Virus record (IMG/VR): IMGVR_UViG_3300049192_000027
Coordinates: 1 to 44,065 of that record
Reading direction: 5' to 3' (one strand)
DNA: 44,065 nucleotides
Origin: a virus
Lineage: Duplodnaviria > Caudoviricetes
Shown here piece after piece: positions 42,708-44,065 of this stretch. The number at the start of each line of letters is the position of its first letter. The stretch's first letter is position 1. A program made the translations under genes and the position numbers. The notes under the pieces were generated by a model. It worked only from the letters and a program-made list of their open reading frames with translations. It was not told where the DNA came from and ran no database searches.

Positions 42708-43429
42708 TGGCTCTCGCACTCAACGGCAGCACTGGGTACCTGGTACACGCGGCCAAGATCGCCACCAGCTTCCCGTTCACGATGACGCTCTGGGTCGCCG
42801 GCTCAACGGGCGTGAGCAACCAGGTAGCCATCCTCCAGGGCCAGTCCAACGGTGACCGCGCTGCGATGGGGTGGTTCACGGGCTTCGGCGCCAACAAGGA
42901 AGCGTACCTGCGCAATCCCGGTACCAACAACGCGGCGCAGAAGTCGACCACACCGCATCTGAGCCCTTCGACGATGCAGCTGATGATGGTGGTCTTCGAG
43001 AGCCTCACCAGCCGCAAGGTCTACTTCGGCTCGAACGTCGAGTCGACGAACGGTGCGTCGATGCTCGACGACATCACGAACCACGACCGCGTTGTCATCG
43101 GTGCGTACTGGATCAACAACGCCGGCGCCCCCTCCATCTGGCTCACCGGCAGTGTCGCCGAGGCGCACTTCTATAGCCGGGCACTGGACGACAGCGACTA
43201 CGACGCGCTGGTCGCAGGCGCGCTGGGAGAAACGCGCGCCAACCACATTGACGGCTTCCCGATGCGCGACACCACCGACCTCACGAGCCTGGGGGGCAGC
43301 CGGTCTCTCAGCTTGGTCGGCGGCGTGACGAACAGCGGTATCGCCCACCCCGTTACGCGCACAGGCGGAGGCTCTTCGGCCAAGGCCGGCCTGCGCTACT
43401 TCTATCAGCGAGGAAACCGAAATGTTTAA
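42707..43429 (+). CDS. LamG/concanavalin-like lectin-domain protein
   Basis: FTMTLW, VIGA, GSVAEAHFYSRAL; TAATG coupling. Confidence 0.65.
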   Translation: MALALNGSTGYLVHAAKIATSFPFTMTLWVAGSTGVSNQVAILQGQSNGDRAAMGWFTGFGANKEAYLRNPGTNNAAQKSTTPHLSPSTMQLMMVVFESLTSRKVYFGSNVESTNGASMLDDITNHDRVVIGAYWINNAGAPSIWLTGSVAEAHFYSRALDDSDYDALVAGALGETRANHIDGFPMRDTTDLTSLGGSRSLSLVGGVTNSGIAHPVTRTGGGSSAKAGLRYFYQRGNRNV

Positions 43430-44039
43430 GAACGTCGCGTCCCAGAAGATCGCGCTGCTCGCGCTCGACCGTGCCACCGGCGGCCCCAAGACCGGCGACG
43501 CCGCAAACCTCACCGCCTACGTTTCCAAGGACCATGGCTCTGCAACTGTGCTGGGCGATACATCGGCGACCGAAGTCAGCTCGACGAACGCCCCCGGCTG
43601 GTACCTGTTCGACCTGACCCAGGCCGAGACCGCGGCCGATTCACTGCTCTTCACAGGCAAGTCGACGACCTCTGGCATCGACGTCGTCGGCGCCGCGGTC
43701 TACACCCGTCCGCCGAACTTCCCCGCCCTCGGCATCGACAGCACGGGTAGCGTGGCGATCCAGGCCCGCCTCAAGAAGAACGTTGCGCTGAGCAACTTCC
43801 ACTTCGTGATGACCGACAGCACGACGCACAACCCCGCGACGGGCAAGACGGTCACGGCCACGCGGTTGATCGACAACGGCTCGTTTGGTGCGGGCACGCT
43901 GGGCGCCGTGACAGAAGTCGCCAACGGGGTCTACCGCCTGGATCTCCCGGCAGCTGACCTGAACGGCAACGTCGTGACGCTGCGCCTCACGGCCAGCGGC
44001 TGCGACGACCTCGACATCTCGCTGCTGATGGAGCCCTGA
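43422..44039 (+). CDS. virion protein with two similar beta-rich repeats
   Basis: P.TG...TEV...G.Y..DL..A occurs twice; GAGGA RBS. Confidence 0.7.
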   Translation: MFKNVASQKIALLALDRATGGPKTGDAANLTAYVSKDHGSATVLGDTSATEVSSTNAPGWYLFDLTQAETAADSLLFTGKSTTSGIDVVGAAVYTRPPNFPALGIDSTGSVAIQARLKKNVALSNFHFVMTDSTTHNPATGKTVTATRLIDNGSFGAGTLGAVTEVANGVYRLDLPAADLNGNVVTLRLTASGCDDLDISLLMEP

Positions 44040-44065
44040 GCGTGTTCTTCGTTCGCCACTCCCGG

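Overview
A 44-kb segment of a high-GC tailed dsDNA phage (possibly a prophage); no host genes, tRNAs or CRISPR array were seen. Two divergent arms meet at a non-coding junction (~29.77-30.0 kb). The minus-strand arm (1-29.7 kb) holds early/replication genes: tyrosine integrase with an excisionase-like HTH, ATP-dependent DNA ligase, VRR-NUC nuclease, DEDDh exonuclease, family A DNA polymerase, SNF2 helicase, PD-(D/E)XK nuclease, a MoxR-type AAA+ ATPase with an HExxH-VWA protein, a primase-helicase beside an AT-rich origin-like region, and many small genes. The plus-strand arm (30.0-44.0 kb) is morphogenetic: TerS, TerL, P22-like portal, scaffold, N4-gp56-like major capsid and virion proteins. 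Main observations: (1) at least 11 small proteins from different families, in two arrays on either side of the AAA+/VWA-peptidase module, end in the same V-T-x-E-L-R-like helix, suggesting a shared docking tag; (2) two paralogous genes are overprinted on a ~190-codon N-terminal extension of terL, with codon evidence that both frames are under selection; (3) an operator-like palindrome GATCTAAnTTAGATC recurs about 12 times; (4) a probable anti-CBASS/Thoeris insert lies between scaffold and capsid genes; (5) a structured early leader with a 5-codon uORF. All family names come from motif recognition by eye, not database searches.
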